From: an uncultured Lachnospiraceae bacterium
GTDB taxonomy: Bacteria > Bacillota > Clostridia > Lachnospirales > Lachnospiraceae
Reading direction: 5' to 3'
Length of the DNA stretch: 64,000 bases
Assembly: GCA_944381635.1 (NCBI GenBank)
Contig: CALWLY010000017.1
Coordinates: 15,026-79,025 of the forward strand
Shown: piece after piece, positions 34,542 to 43,908 of the stretch
Layout: every line of letters begins with the position of its first letter
Position numbering within the stretch: the first letter of the stretch is position 1
Program-made: the position numbers and the translations under genes
The notes under the pieces: generated by a model
What the model saw: only the letters and a program-made list of their open reading frames with translations
Told to the model about the DNA's origin: nothing
The model's database searches: none

Positions 34542-36959
34542 ATGAAAAAGAAGACAATCGTAAATATCTACAATTTTGTGCGCATGGCTCATGAAGAGCC
34601 CAGCCGGTTTATCAAGGATGATTTTGATACGGTAAAAAACCAGCTGATCACGGTAAAACAATACGGGCTTCCTGCCACATGGGCATTAAAGTATGACGCT
34701 TTGATGAACCCGCAGTACCAGGAACTTTTTTTAGATTATACGGATGACTCCGATGAGATTGGGGCCTGGTGGGAAATTACCGGCGAATTGTGCCGGAAAG
34801 CCGGGGTGAAATTCAGAGGGGCCTGTTCGGAAGAATTTGACGAGAGAGTAGACAGTGCCTACAGCATCGGCTATGAGCCGGAGGAGAGAAAAAGACTGGT
34901 GGACGCCTATATGGAGGACTTTTACGGCGTTTTCGGTTTTTATCCCAAAACCATAGGCTCCTGGGTGCTTGATACTGTTACGCTTTCCTATGCACAGGAA
35001 AAATATAAGATTTTGGCAGGGGCAATCTGCAGAGACCAGATCGGAACCGACGGATTCACCCTTTGGGGCGGTTTTCCCGGCATTTATTATCCGGCAAAAA
35101 AGAATGAAAATATGCCGGCTCAGACGCTGGAAGAACAACTTCCGGTGACGATGTTCCGTCTGCTTTCCCCGGATCCTGTCTATAGTTTTGAGCAGGAAGT
35201 AAGATCGGGGCTGTATGGCGTCTATACGTTGGAGCCCTGTTGTGAGAACGGAAGAGATAAAAACAGAATTTCCTGGTATTTTGACTGCCTGACCAAAGAG
35301 GATTCTCATGGCATCGGTTATGCCCAGGTAGGCCAGGAAAACAACTTTTTATGGGAAAATATAAGACCCGGATTTGCTCCGCAGCTGGCTGAGATCCGCA
35401 CCCGATGGGAAAAGGGAGAGCTTTTGATCGAAACGATGGAAGAAACGGCGCGCCGTTTTCAGAAAAACTACCGGCTGACGCCGCCCCTTGGCTGGCAGGC
35501 TTCCAAAGACTGGGATACAAAAAAAAATCTGTCCGCTCAGTGGTATGCCGGAAGACATTACAGGCTTGGACTTTTAGGGGAAGCAGGCAAGCTTCGCATC
35601 CGGGATTTCTTTGTATACCGCCAGGAGTATGCATCCCGGTATTTACAGGCCGGAATGAAAAACAACAAAAGTAACTTTGATGCGCTGCCGCTTTTATTTG
35701 CACAGCTTTGGAAAGAAGCGTTCGGAAAAAGACCGTTTATCCGATTTCTGGATGAGAACGGGGAGGAAGTGCAGGGAAAAATCACTTTTTATTCCCCGGA
35801 TGCGTTTACATCCGCTGCGTCTTTAAAAGAAAAAACTCCGGAGGAAAAAGAACTCTTAACCTGTCTGATGAGCGAAGAACGTCTTGTGATTCGCGGCGGT
35901 GTGTCCATGCATTTTGATTTTCTGCCCGTATGGAAAAAGACGGAGGAGAATCGTATTGTGATGGAACATGAAAACTTTTCCTATTCCGTTCTCGTGGAAA
36001 AAGGACTCTTCAGGAAATTATCCGATACAGAATTTCAAATCCAGCCGGAACAGGGAGAGATCAGCATTCTGCTGGCAGACGAAGAAGTGTACGGGCAGGA
36101 ATGCCAAAAGGACAGAGAGGAATTGCTGTATACTTCCACGTATTTCAAGGAGGGAAAAACGTGGGATAAGGCAGGAAACTGCCGCAAAGATCAGGAAACG
36201 GAAATTGCGGGAAAACGGAAAGGAAGAAAGTTTCAGATTCCTCTTCCCCAGCCGTATTTTGAGCCTGCGGAAAGTGTGTTTGAGGTGGGGCAGACGCGGG
36301 AAATTTCTATTTTCTCTCCTGCCGGAGGAACCATTTATTATACTCTTGACGGCAGCGAGCCGGATACATCGTCCCTGCGTTACGAAAAGCCGCTGCCAAT
36401 CTGCAAAGATACCTGCATTAAGGCAAAAGTCTTTGACGAAACCGGCAAAAGCAGCCTCTTATCTGCCGCCAGCTACTTGTTTGGAAGAAAAGATGTGCAG
36501 CTTTTCAGTGACACCGTGTGGGATCCCCGCCCCGTATTTTACAGAAACGGAGTGAGTGATCTGTTAAAAGAAGAAAGGGGAAGTCTGGATTATCAGGACG
36601 GAAAATGGCTGGGCACGCTGGATGATTTCAAAGTGACGGCAGTATTTGAGAAAGAAGAATTCATATCGGAGGTCTCTGTGGGATTCCTGTCCCATCACCG
36701 CTCCGGTATTGTCTATCCTGACTATGTGGAACTGTTTGGGGGAGAAGATAAGGAACATATGCAGCTTCTGGATATCTGCCGGCTGCCCTGCGAACCTGCG
36801 GAAAGAGAAATTGCCAAAAAAGACGTCACGTTCCATCCCAATCAGAACATGAAATGTTTAAAAATAATAGCGCACCGTTATAAAAAAATGCCGGCCTGGT
36901 GCTGCTATAAAGGTGTGGAAGCAGTCTTCACCATGGCCGACAACCTGATCATAAAATGA
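34542..36959 (+). CDS. large uncharacterised protein, putative carbohydrate-active enzyme with C-terminal chitobiase/Fn3-associated and discoidin-like modules
   Basis: 805 aa with no signal peptide. The segment GGTIYYTLDGSEPDTSSLRYEKPLPI ... IKAKVFD resembles the CHB_HEX_C_1 motif. The catalytic family was not recognised. Confidence 0.5.
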   Translation: MKKKTIVNIYNFVRMAHEEPSRFIKDDFDTVKNQLITVKQYGLPATWALKYDALMNPQYQELFLDYTDDSDEIGAWWEITGELCRKAGVKFRGACSEEFDERVDSAYSIGYEPEERKRLVDAYMEDFYGVFGFYPKTIGSWVLDTVTLSYAQEKYKILAGAICRDQIGTDGFTLWGGFPGIYYPAKKNENMPAQTLEEQLPVTMFRLLSPDPVYSFEQEVRSGLYGVYTLEPCCENGRDKNRISWYFDCLTKEDSHGIGYAQVGQENNFLWENIRPGFAPQLAEIRTRWEKGELLIETMEETARRFQKNYRLTPPLGWQASKDWDTKKNLSAQWYAGRHYRLGLLGEAGKLRIRDFFVYRQEYASRYLQAGMKNNKSNFDALPLLFAQLWKEAFGKRPFIRFLDENGEEVQGKITFYSPDAFTSAASLKEKTPEEKELLTCLMSEERLVIRGGVSMHFDFLPVWKKTEENRIVMEHENFSYSVLVEKGLFRKLSDTEFQIQPEQGEISILLADEEVYGQECQKDREELLYTSTYFKEGKTWDKAGNCRKDQETEIAGKRKGRKFQIPLPQPYFEPAESVFEVGQTREISIFSPAGGTIYYTLDGSEPDTSSLRYEKPLPICKDTCIKAKVFDETGKSSLLSAASYLFGRKDVQLFSDTVWDPRPVFYRNGVSDLLKEERGSLDYQDGKWLGTLDDFKVTAVFEKEEFISEVSVGFLSHHRSGIVYPDYVELFGGEDKEHMQLLDICRLPCEPAEREIAKKDVTFHPNQNMKCLKIIAHRYKKMPAWCCYKGVEAVFTMADNLIIK

Positions 36960-36996
36960 GCTAAGGGACAAATGGACATAAAATGATGCCAATGTT

Positions 36997-37041
36997 AAAA
37001 GGTCATAACCCACATACGTGTTATGTGAGTTATGACCTTTT
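36997..37041. terminator. bidirectional terminator between convergent genes
   Basis: AAAAGGTCATAAC ... GTTATGACCTTTT. Confidence 0.75.
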
Positions 37042-37065
37042 GATTCTGGCATTTTTGTATAATGA

Positions 37066-38610
37066 TTAAAGTTCAGGTCCGTCGTCGTAGCGGTCAAAGT
37101 TGATTTCATCATCTCTGCGGCTTCGGCGGCGTTTCATGATTTCCTTGCGGTGTTTCGCCTTCGTATAGTCTGTGATGGCAGACCGCACGAATAGAAGAAT
37201 GATGAGCAGAACGGCAATTCCAAGAATAGCCAGGACTACGTTTTTCACATTTACAAAGATAACAGATTCTTCAGAAGTGCTCTCCGCATCCGCATCTGCA
37301 GGTGCTTCAGTCGTAATGTCTTTCATCTCTCCGGATTCAGTCTCAGCCACAGCGGGCGCTTCCGCATTTTCAGAAGCATTTTCCGCAGGAGCGGCGGTTT
37401 CCTCTTCAAAAGCAAAGGCGGAAGAATTGGAGGAAAGCCGGATGGAGGCGGTTCCCACATCCGTACCGTTGTAGGTGTAATGGACTAACGCAGCTTCATC
37501 GGCATTTTCGGTATCATAGGTCATAGAAGATTCTGTGTCCGCGTAATCGGCATCAGCGGGAAGAATAATATAGTCATCCTCATCTATGGAGAGGATTGGT
37601 TCCGAACTTCCGAAAATGTCGGTATTGGTCTTAAAGAATGTGTTGTTTCCCACCTGATAACGGTCATCCACGCTAGATACGTTTACTGCCTTAAAATTAT
37701 TAAAACCGTAATCAAACAGCTCAATGGTATCTGTAAACTGATTAGGGGTCTCTTCCTTCATAATGACACAGACCAGCTTCATACCGTCTTTCTGGGCGCA
37801 GGATACAAGGGTCTGTCTTGCTTCGGAGGTGTAACCGGTCTTGCTTCCCACCAGGTAATCATAGCCGTAAGTGCCTCCCAGAACCAGCTTGTTTTTGGTG
37901 TGAAGGATCAGCTCATCCGGCTGGGTACTGCTGGGCGGAATCGTATAGGTGGATGTATTTGCTATTTTGCAGAGCGTGTCATTTTTGAAATATTCACAGG
38001 CAATCAGGGCAAGGTCATAAGGTGTGGTGTAGTGCTCCTCATCAAAGAGTCCGTTGGTCGTCACAAAATGAGAATTTTCACATCCGAGCTCCTTAGCCCG
38101 CTCATTCATTAGATTCACAAATTCTTCGGTGCTGCCGCTGATATGCTCGGCGATGGCATTTCCCGCCTCATTGGCGGACTGTACCATGAGTCCGTAAAGA
38201 CTTTGTTCCATGGAAATAACGCTTTCGGGTTTGATTCCCATGTTGGAATCTTCCCTCCAGTTGATACTCGTCACTGCCTCGTTGGAATAGTAGACTTCCT
38301 CATCCATGGAGGAATTTTCTGCGGCAATTAAAGCAGTCAGTATTTTTGTGGTACTTGCAGGGTAGAGTTTTTCATGGATATTTTTCGCATACAGAATGGT
38401 TCCTGTATTGACTTCCATTAAAATGGCGCCTTCCGCTCCGATAGCGGGACCCTGAGGCCAGTTTTCAATGGAATTGGTTTCCACGGGCAGAGATTTCCGA
38501 GTCTCCGCCTGTGCATGATAGTCGATAGTTTCGGCTTTTACAGTTGTGGAAAATGTGGCAAGAGAGGTGGAAACCAAAATGACGGAAAGAAGTATTTTAA
38601 ACAGTTTCAT
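37066..38610 (-). CDS. D-alanyl-D-alanine carboxypeptidase (PBP5 family) with C-terminal membrane anchor
   Basis: Signal peptide. SxxK motif (ASTTK), SxN motif (SAN) and KTG motif (KTGYT). C-terminal TM helix followed by a basic tail. Confidence 0.88.
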   Translation of the reverse strand: MKLFKILLSVILVSTSLATFSTTVKAETIDYHAQAETRKSLPVETNSIENWPQGPAIGAEGAILMEVNTGTILYAKNIHEKLYPASTTKILTALIAAENSSMDEEVYYSNEAVTSINWREDSNMGIKPESVISMEQSLYGLMVQSANEAGNAIAEHISGSTEEFVNLMNERAKELGCENSHFVTTNGLFDEEHYTTPYDLALIACEYFKNDTLCKIANTSTYTIPPSSTQPDELILHTKNKLVLGGTYGYDYLVGSKTGYTSEARQTLVSCAQKDGMKLVCVIMKEETPNQFTDTIELFDYGFNNFKAVNVSSVDDRYQVGNNTFFKTNTDIFGSSEPILSIDEDDYIILPADADYADTESSMTYDTENADEAALVHYTYNGTDVGTASIRLSSNSSAFAFEEETAAPAENASENAEAPAVAETESGEMKDITTEAPADADAESTSEESVIFVNVKNVVLAILGIAVLLIILLFVRSAITDYTKAKHRKEIMKRRRSRRDDEINFDRYDDGPEL

Positions 38611-38970
38611 GGTAATCATCCTTATCTGGTAATTTTATATGGCAGCATGGACTCTGCCTGAATTTATTCTGAAAGGAACCGGAATCAGGGGCCTGCATAT
38701 TTTCCCCTAAAACCCGGCATTGGACAGTTAGATTCAAAGTAAATTAGAACTAATTATATATCATACACTATTTCGATGCAAAACTTAAGACCTGAGATAA
38801 AAAATTCATATTTTCTTAAGAGAAACGGACCGGACAGCCCTTAGCGGGGCCGGGGAAACGGCAGGCACGATAAAACCTTGGTTTTACGGGTTCCTTTTTT
38901 GCGGCAGCTATTGTAAAATACGGGATAGACATAAAACCAGAGAGAAAACAGATAGAAAAAGGAGAATGTT

Positions 38971-39609
38971 ATGAGACTGCGCAACATTGCGGGAAGCAGA
39001 GAAGTGATTAAGGAAAGCCCTTTTGTGGTACAGGATGCGGAGACAAAAAAAGGAATGTGGAATCATGTTTTCGGAAACGATCATCCCATTCAGGCAGAGA
39101 TAGGTATGGGAAAGGGCCGGTTTTTGATGGAACTGGCGGCGAGAAATCCCCAGATCAATTATATCGGAATTGAAAAATACAGCAGCGTGCTGCTGCGTGC
39201 TATCCAGAAGATGGAAGAGTTAAACCTTCCCAACGTGCGTTTTATCCGCATGGATGCCGAGGATATTACGGAGTTTTTTGCCCAGGGAGAGCTGGATAAA
39301 ATTTATCTCAATTTTTCCGATCCATGGCCCAAGGACCGCCATGCGAAACGTCGTCTTCCTTCCAGACAGTTTCTGGAAAGATACGATAAAATTCTGAAAA
39401 GGGATGGAAGACTGGAGTTTAAAACAGATAACAGGGATCTGTTTGATTTTGCACTGGAGGAACTGGAACCCGCGGGCTGGAAGGCGGAAGCGGTTACTTT
39501 CGATCTTCATCACGATGAAAAAATGTGTGAAGGAAATATCATGACAGAGTATGAGGAACGTTTTTCCTCTCAGGGCAATCCCATCTGCAAATATATTATT
39601 TATCGTTAG
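38971..39609 (+). CDS. trmB: tRNA (guanine-N7)-methyltransferase
   Basis: 212 aa. Contains EIGMGKGRFL ... YIGIEK ... NFSDPWPK motifs. Confidence 0.9.
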   Translation: MRLRNIAGSREVIKESPFVVQDAETKKGMWNHVFGNDHPIQAEIGMGKGRFLMELAARNPQINYIGIEKYSSVLLRAIQKMEELNLPNVRFIRMDAEDITEFFAQGELDKIYLNFSDPWPKDRHAKRRLPSRQFLERYDKILKRDGRLEFKTDNRDLFDFALEELEPAGWKAEAVTFDLHHDEKMCEGNIMTEYEERFSSQGNPICKYIIYR

Positions 39610-39633
39610 AAATTTACGGAAACGGCGGTTTTT

Positions 39634-40731
39634 ATGAAAGAAAATCAGATACTGATGATTTACGGACTTAACTATAAGGAAATGACGAAGAAACTTCTGA
39701 CAGAGGCTGCTCTTGAAGAGCGCATTGCGGATAAGAGTATGCGTATCGGGATCAAGCCGAATCTGGTTTCTCCTTCGGAAGCTTCTCAGGGGGCGACTAC
39801 CCATCCGGAGGTGGTGGCGGGAATCATCGAATATTTAAAGGAGCATGGCTATTTTAATCTGGTCATGCTGGAGGGCTCCTGGGTGGGAGACAACACCCGG
39901 GAGGCTTATCATGTGTGCGGTTATGATAAAATCTCCGAACAGTACCAGGTACCGTTTTTGGATATGCAAAAGGACAGTTTTCATGAGCATGACTGCGGCG
40001 GTCTTTCTCTGAAAATCTGCGATGAGGCAAAAAAGCTGGATTTCCTCATCAATGTGCCTGTGATGAAAGGACATTGTCAGACTAAGATTACCTGTGCGCT
40101 GAAAAATATGAAAGGGCTTATTCCCAATGGAGAAAAAAGACATTTTCATGCTATGGGTCTGCATCGTCCCATCGCTCACCTTGCGCTTGGTTTGAAGCAG
40201 GATTTTATTGTGGTGGACAATATATGCGGTGATTGGGATTTTGAGGACGGCGGAAATCCGGTTGTTCTAAATCGCATTATGGCAGCGGCGGATCCTGTGC
40301 TCTGCGACGCCTGGGTGGCTCATCTTATGGGGTATGAGATTTCGGAAATTCCTTATATCGGCATGGCGGAGGAACTTGGGGCCGGCTGCGGAGATTACCG
40401 AAAGGCCGAAGTCAGAGAGCTGAATCAGCCGGATGGCGAATTGGAACTGCCCAAAGTCAGAAAGGTTGTAGAACTTCAGGACGCTGTGGAGGAGGTGGAA
40501 TCCTGCTCTGCCTGCTACGGTTACCTGCTTCCGGCGCTGGATCGGCTGAAAGAAGAGGGGCTTTTTGAAAAGCTTGACTGCAAAATCTGTATCGGACAGG
40601 GATATCGGGGAAAGAGCGGCAAGCTTGGCGTGGGCGCCTGCACATCACAGTTTGTTCATTCCTTAAAGGGCTGTCCTCCTACGGAAACGGAAATTTATGA
40701 GTTTTTAAAAGAATACTTGGAAACATGTTAA
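39634..40731 (+). CDS. DUF362 domain-containing protein
   Basis: GIKPNLVSP ... THPEVVAGIIEYL ... MKGHCQT pattern typical of DUF362. Confidence 0.65.
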   Translation: MKENQILMIYGLNYKEMTKKLLTEAALEERIADKSMRIGIKPNLVSPSEASQGATTHPEVVAGIIEYLKEHGYFNLVMLEGSWVGDNTREAYHVCGYDKISEQYQVPFLDMQKDSFHEHDCGGLSLKICDEAKKLDFLINVPVMKGHCQTKITCALKNMKGLIPNGEKRHFHAMGLHRPIAHLALGLKQDFIVVDNICGDWDFEDGGNPVVLNRIMAAADPVLCDAWVAHLMGYEISEIPYIGMAEELGAGCGDYRKAEVRELNQPDGELELPKVRKVVELQDAVEEVESCSACYGYLLPALDRLKEEGLFEKLDCKICIGQGYRGKSGKLGVGACTSQFVHSLKGCPPTETEIYEFLKEYLETC

Positions 40732-40789
40732 ACCGCATGGCGGCGAAAGATAACGATTGCTTTCAGCCGGGAAAGAGAGGTATCAGGGA

Positions 40790-42523
40790 ATGAGTATAGA
40801 AATAGTAAACCCGCTTCTTCCGGGATTTTATCCCGATCCGTCGATTGTCCGAGTGGAGGATGACTTCTATATGGTTACATCTTCCTTTTCCTATTTTCCG
40901 GGAGTGCCTGTTTTTCACAGCAGGAATCTGGCACACTGGGAACAGATCGGTCATGTGCTGGACCGGCCGTCGCAGCTTCCCCTTGGAGCGGATAATATTT
41001 CAGGGGAAATTTTTGCGCCCACCATTCGTTATCATGAGGGAATTTTTTATATGATTACCACAAATGTGGACCATGGCGGCAATTTTATTGTGACAGCCAA
41101 AGATCCTGCGGGCCCCTGGTCGGATCCCCACTGGTTGGAGGATGCGCAGGGAATTGATCCGTCGCTTTTCTGGGATGATGACGGGAAGGCTTACTACACG
41201 GGAACAGCCCCCGGTAAGGACGGCAGACATCAGCATATCTGGATTTGTGAAATCAATCTGGAAACCTTCCGATTTGTGGGAGAAAGAAAGCTGATCTGGG
41301 CGGGAGCTATGACTGGCGCCTGGTGTCCGGAGGCGCCGCATCTTTACAAGAAGGACGGCTGGTATTATCTGATGATCGCCGAAGGGGGAACCGAGTATTA
41401 TCATGCGGTGACGATAGCCAGAAGCAAATCGGTCATGGGAGAATACACAGGCTTTGACGGAAATCCTATACTGACTCACAGACACCTGGGAATGTGCGCG
41501 GATATCTGCAATACCGGTCATGGTGATTTGGTGGAGTGCAGGGACGGGAGCTGGTATATGGTGCTGCTGGCATCCAGGCCTTACGGCGGGTATCACAAAA
41601 ATATGGGAAGGGAAACCTTTATTGTCCCTGTAATATGGGAAAACGGCTGGCCTGTGGCGGCGCCCGGTACAGGAAGGATTCCCTGGAAATTTCAGGGACC
41701 CGATCTTCCGGAATTTCCGGTAAAAAAGGATGCTTCTCTGACAGGATTTAAAGAAGGAAAGCTGCCATTGTGCTTTAATTTTCTTGGCACTCCCGGAGAA
41801 GAAGATTTTCAGCTGGCAGATGGGAAACTGAAAATACGAGCTGTAGAGAGACCTTTCATGGCAGGATGGAAACAGGAAAAACAGCCGGATTCAAGAGAAG
41901 AAGAAAAGAAAGAGGCGCATATGGGCAAAAAAGACCCGGAGGAGAGAGCATATACACAGATTTCTCCGGTAAATTGCGCCGGTTTTGTGGGAAGGCGACA
42001 GCAGCATAAAAGTTATCAGGCAAGAATTTCCTTTACTTTCGCGCCGGAGAAAAAAGAAGCGGCAGGGCTGATAGTCCTGCAGCATAATTATCACTCGTTC
42101 AGAATGGAAAAAATTCTTGTGGACGGCAAAGAAGTGGTGAGAGTGGCAAAAGGGTATGTGACCCTGGAACCCTCTTTGATGCTCCGGGGAGTCGACGGTC
42201 CCTGGCAGCAGGAAATCTGCGGACAGATTCCCTGCCCGGAAGGCGAACTGACTTTTGAACTGACTGCAGAAGAGCAGAAAAATACGTTTGCGGTCCTTTT
42301 GCAGGACGGAAAACGAATTGTCGTAGCAGAAAATCTGGACGGCGGATTTTTAGGCTCCGAAACCGCGGAAGGATTTGTGGGAGCCTACGTGGGAATGTTT
42401 GCCACGGCAAATGGAGACAAAAGCGGCAATTTCGCAGAATTTTCCTCTTTCTTCTACGAAGGAAAGGAAGAAGGATTCCCTGAATCCAGCCAGGAAAGCA
42501 TGTTTTTGAAAATTTCCACGTGA
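40790..42523 (+). CDS. glycoside hydrolase family 43 (beta-xylosidase / alpha-L-arabinofuranosidase type)
   Basis: NPLLPGFYPDPSIVRVEDDFYMVTSSF ... HSRNLAHWE N-terminal propeller and a C-terminal beta-sandwich. I chose the start MSIEIV at 40790. Confidence 0.88.
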   Translation: MSIEIVNPLLPGFYPDPSIVRVEDDFYMVTSSFSYFPGVPVFHSRNLAHWEQIGHVLDRPSQLPLGADNISGEIFAPTIRYHEGIFYMITTNVDHGGNFIVTAKDPAGPWSDPHWLEDAQGIDPSLFWDDDGKAYYTGTAPGKDGRHQHIWICEINLETFRFVGERKLIWAGAMTGAWCPEAPHLYKKDGWYYLMIAEGGTEYYHAVTIARSKSVMGEYTGFDGNPILTHRHLGMCADICNTGHGDLVECRDGSWYMVLLASRPYGGYHKNMGRETFIVPVIWENGWPVAAPGTGRIPWKFQGPDLPEFPVKKDASLTGFKEGKLPLCFNFLGTPGEEDFQLADGKLKIRAVERPFMAGWKQEKQPDSREEEKKEAHMGKKDPEERAYTQISPVNCAGFVGRRQQHKSYQARISFTFAPEKKEAAGLIVLQHNYHSFRMEKILVDGKEVVRVAKGYVTLEPSLMLRGVDGPWQQEICGQIPCPEGELTFELTAEEQKNTFAVLLQDGKRIVVAENLDGGFLGSETAEGFVGAYVGMFATANGDKSGNFAEFSSFFYEGKEEGFPESSQESMFLKIST

Positions 42524-42996
42524 ATTTCCTCATCCAGAATAATGCGTCTTAGCACATCGCAGATATGACAATCCTGGATCAGAGACATCTGCCTTTTGTA
42601 TTTGCGGATGGTATCCTCCTCTCCCCGAAGAGCATTTAAGATCAGGTCCCGGATTTTCTGAGAATAATGGTTGCAGGAGGGAGACCAATAACCAAGACCG
42701 TTCCTTCCATAACTCCAAAGTCTCGGGTCTGCGCCCAGAAGACAGGCAAGTTCGGAAAAAATGTCCAGATGCTGCATTTCTACCATACTGATTTTATGAA
42801 AACACTGCGCAAAGGCAGGGAAGTCTCTTTTTAAAATCTGATTGTTGTAGATATAGAGACTGACGGCCGACATTTCGGAATTGCAGGAGCCGATATTGCT
42901 CAGCATCTCCGCGGCATACGTGCGGCTTATTCCCTGCACGCGCACAGGAGGATAAGGAGAGGAATCCGCAAATTTTTGTGGTGGAAAAAAATCCAT
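42454..42996 (-). CDS. ferritin-like / manganese-catalase (CotJC-like) family protein
   Basis: SAVSLYIYNNQIL ... VEMQHLDIFSELACLLG ... GEEDTIRKYKRQ ... DEEIHVEIF helix motifs. Confidence 0.6.
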   Translation of the reverse strand: MDFFPPQKFADSSPYPPVRVQGISRTYAAEMLSNIGSCNSEMSAVSLYIYNNQILKRDFPAFAQCFHKISMVEMQHLDIFSELACLLGADPRLWSYGRNGLGYWSPSCNHYSQKIRDLILNALRGEEDTIRKYKRQMSLIQDCHICDVLRRIILDEEIHVEIFKNMLSWLDSGNPSSFPS

Positions 42997-43065
42997 AAAA
43001 AAACCCTTTCATATCTTCTTAGAAAATTATATGCAGACAGAAAAGGGCTATGCCTGTCTGGCAGT

Positions 43066-43108
43066 TTCAAAAAAGAAAAAGCGATTAAATCTCAAAGGAT
43101 TTAATCGC
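43066..43108 (-). terminator. intrinsic terminator after tRNA-Pro
   Basis: Minus strand reads GCGATTAAATC-loop-GATTTAATCGC followed by TTTTTCTTTTTT. Confidence 0.8.
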
Positions 43109-43120
43109 TTTTATAGTTAG

Positions 43121-43194
43121 TCGAAGCGACAGGATTTGAACCTGCGACCTCTGCGTCCCGAACGCAGCGCTCTACCAAGCTGAGCCACGCTTCG
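43121..43194 (-). tRNA. tRNA-Pro (anticodon CGG)
   Basis: I folded the cloverleaf by hand: acceptor CGAAGCG/CGCTTCG, anticodon arm CTGCG-TTCGGGA-CGCAG and T-loop GGTTCAAATCC. CCA is not encoded. Confidence 0.9.
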
Positions 43195-43217
43195 ATATTG
43201 TGCCTGTCAGCTTTATT

Positions 43218-43246
43218 ATAATACTAAAAAATCGAAAAGAAGTCAA
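43218..43246 (-). promoter_or_regulatory. sigma-A promoter of tRNA-Pro
   Basis: TTGACT, 17-nt spacer, TATTAT, about 20 nt upstream of the tRNA 5' end. Confidence 0.55.
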
Positions 43247-43266
43247 TCCCTATTTAAAATTTTTTT

Positions 43267-43430
43267 GTAACGGTTCAGCTCGCGCCATTCGTAAAACCGC
43301 ACTTTGTGCTTATTGTGGCTTTCGCCACTGTTTTACTCATTGACAGGCGCTCAACGCATAGGTCTGCCTGGTCAAAAAATCATGCAAGCATGATTTTCTC
43401 TCCCGGGCAGTCCTATGGCTGAACTGTTAC
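43267..43430 (+). mobile_element. MITE-like structured repeat, copy B (164 bp, diverged)
   Basis: Ends GTAACGGTTCAGCT / GGCTGAACTGTTAC. The left half is collinear with copy A. The right-half hairpin has a different sequence but the same nested-stem architecture. Confidence 0.65.
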
Positions 43431-43440
43431 AACATTAGTA

Positions 43441-43480
43441 TTGACAGAAGTGAGTATACTGTATATACTGAGTATATACA
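43441..43480 (+). promoter_or_regulatory. promoter of the GntR-ABC operon overlapped by GTATA(TA)C repeats (candidate YtrA-type operator)
   Basis: TTGACA, 17-nt spacer, TATACT. GAGTATAC (43452-59), GTATATAC (43461-68) and GAGTATATAC (43470-79) tile the spacer, the -10 and the start region. Confidence 0.45.
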
Positions 43481-43522
43481 GATGAAACACATATAACAGA
43501 AAAGAAAGATTATGGATAAGAG

Positions 43523-43906
43523 GTGAGAGAACTGGAAATTTTCATTGCCAATAACGGAAACCAGCCCATCTATGAACAGATTTATACGCAGATTAAAAAC
43601 CAGATTATCTCAGGATCAGTAAAAGAAGGGGAGGCTCTTCCTTCCATAAGGACACTTGCCAAGGACCTGCGCATCAGTGTCATAACTACCAAAAGAGCTT
43701 ACGAAGAACTGGAGCGGGAAGGCTATATCTACACGGTAGCCGGTAAAGGCTGCTTTGTGGCAGAGAAGAATTTGGAGATTATCCGGGAAGAAAATCTAAA
43801 GAAGATGGAAGAACACATGAAGCAGGCCTGGGAGCTGGCTTCCAGCTGCGGAATCAAAGAGCAAGAGCTTATCGAAATGTTTATATTTTTAGGAAAAGGG
43901 GAGTAG
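43523..43906 (+). CDS. GntR family transcriptional regulator (YtrA subfamily)
   Basis: 127 aa. Winged HTH PIYEQIYTQIKNQIISGSVKEGEALPSIRTLAKDLRISVITTKRAYEELEREGYI. GTG start. Confidence 0.85.
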   Translation: MRELEIFIANNGNQPIYEQIYTQIKNQIISGSVKEGEALPSIRTLAKDLRISVITTKRAYEELEREGYIYTVAGKGCFVAEKNLEIIREENLKKMEEHMKQAWELASSCGIKEQELIEMFIFLGKGE

Positions 43907-43908
43907 TT

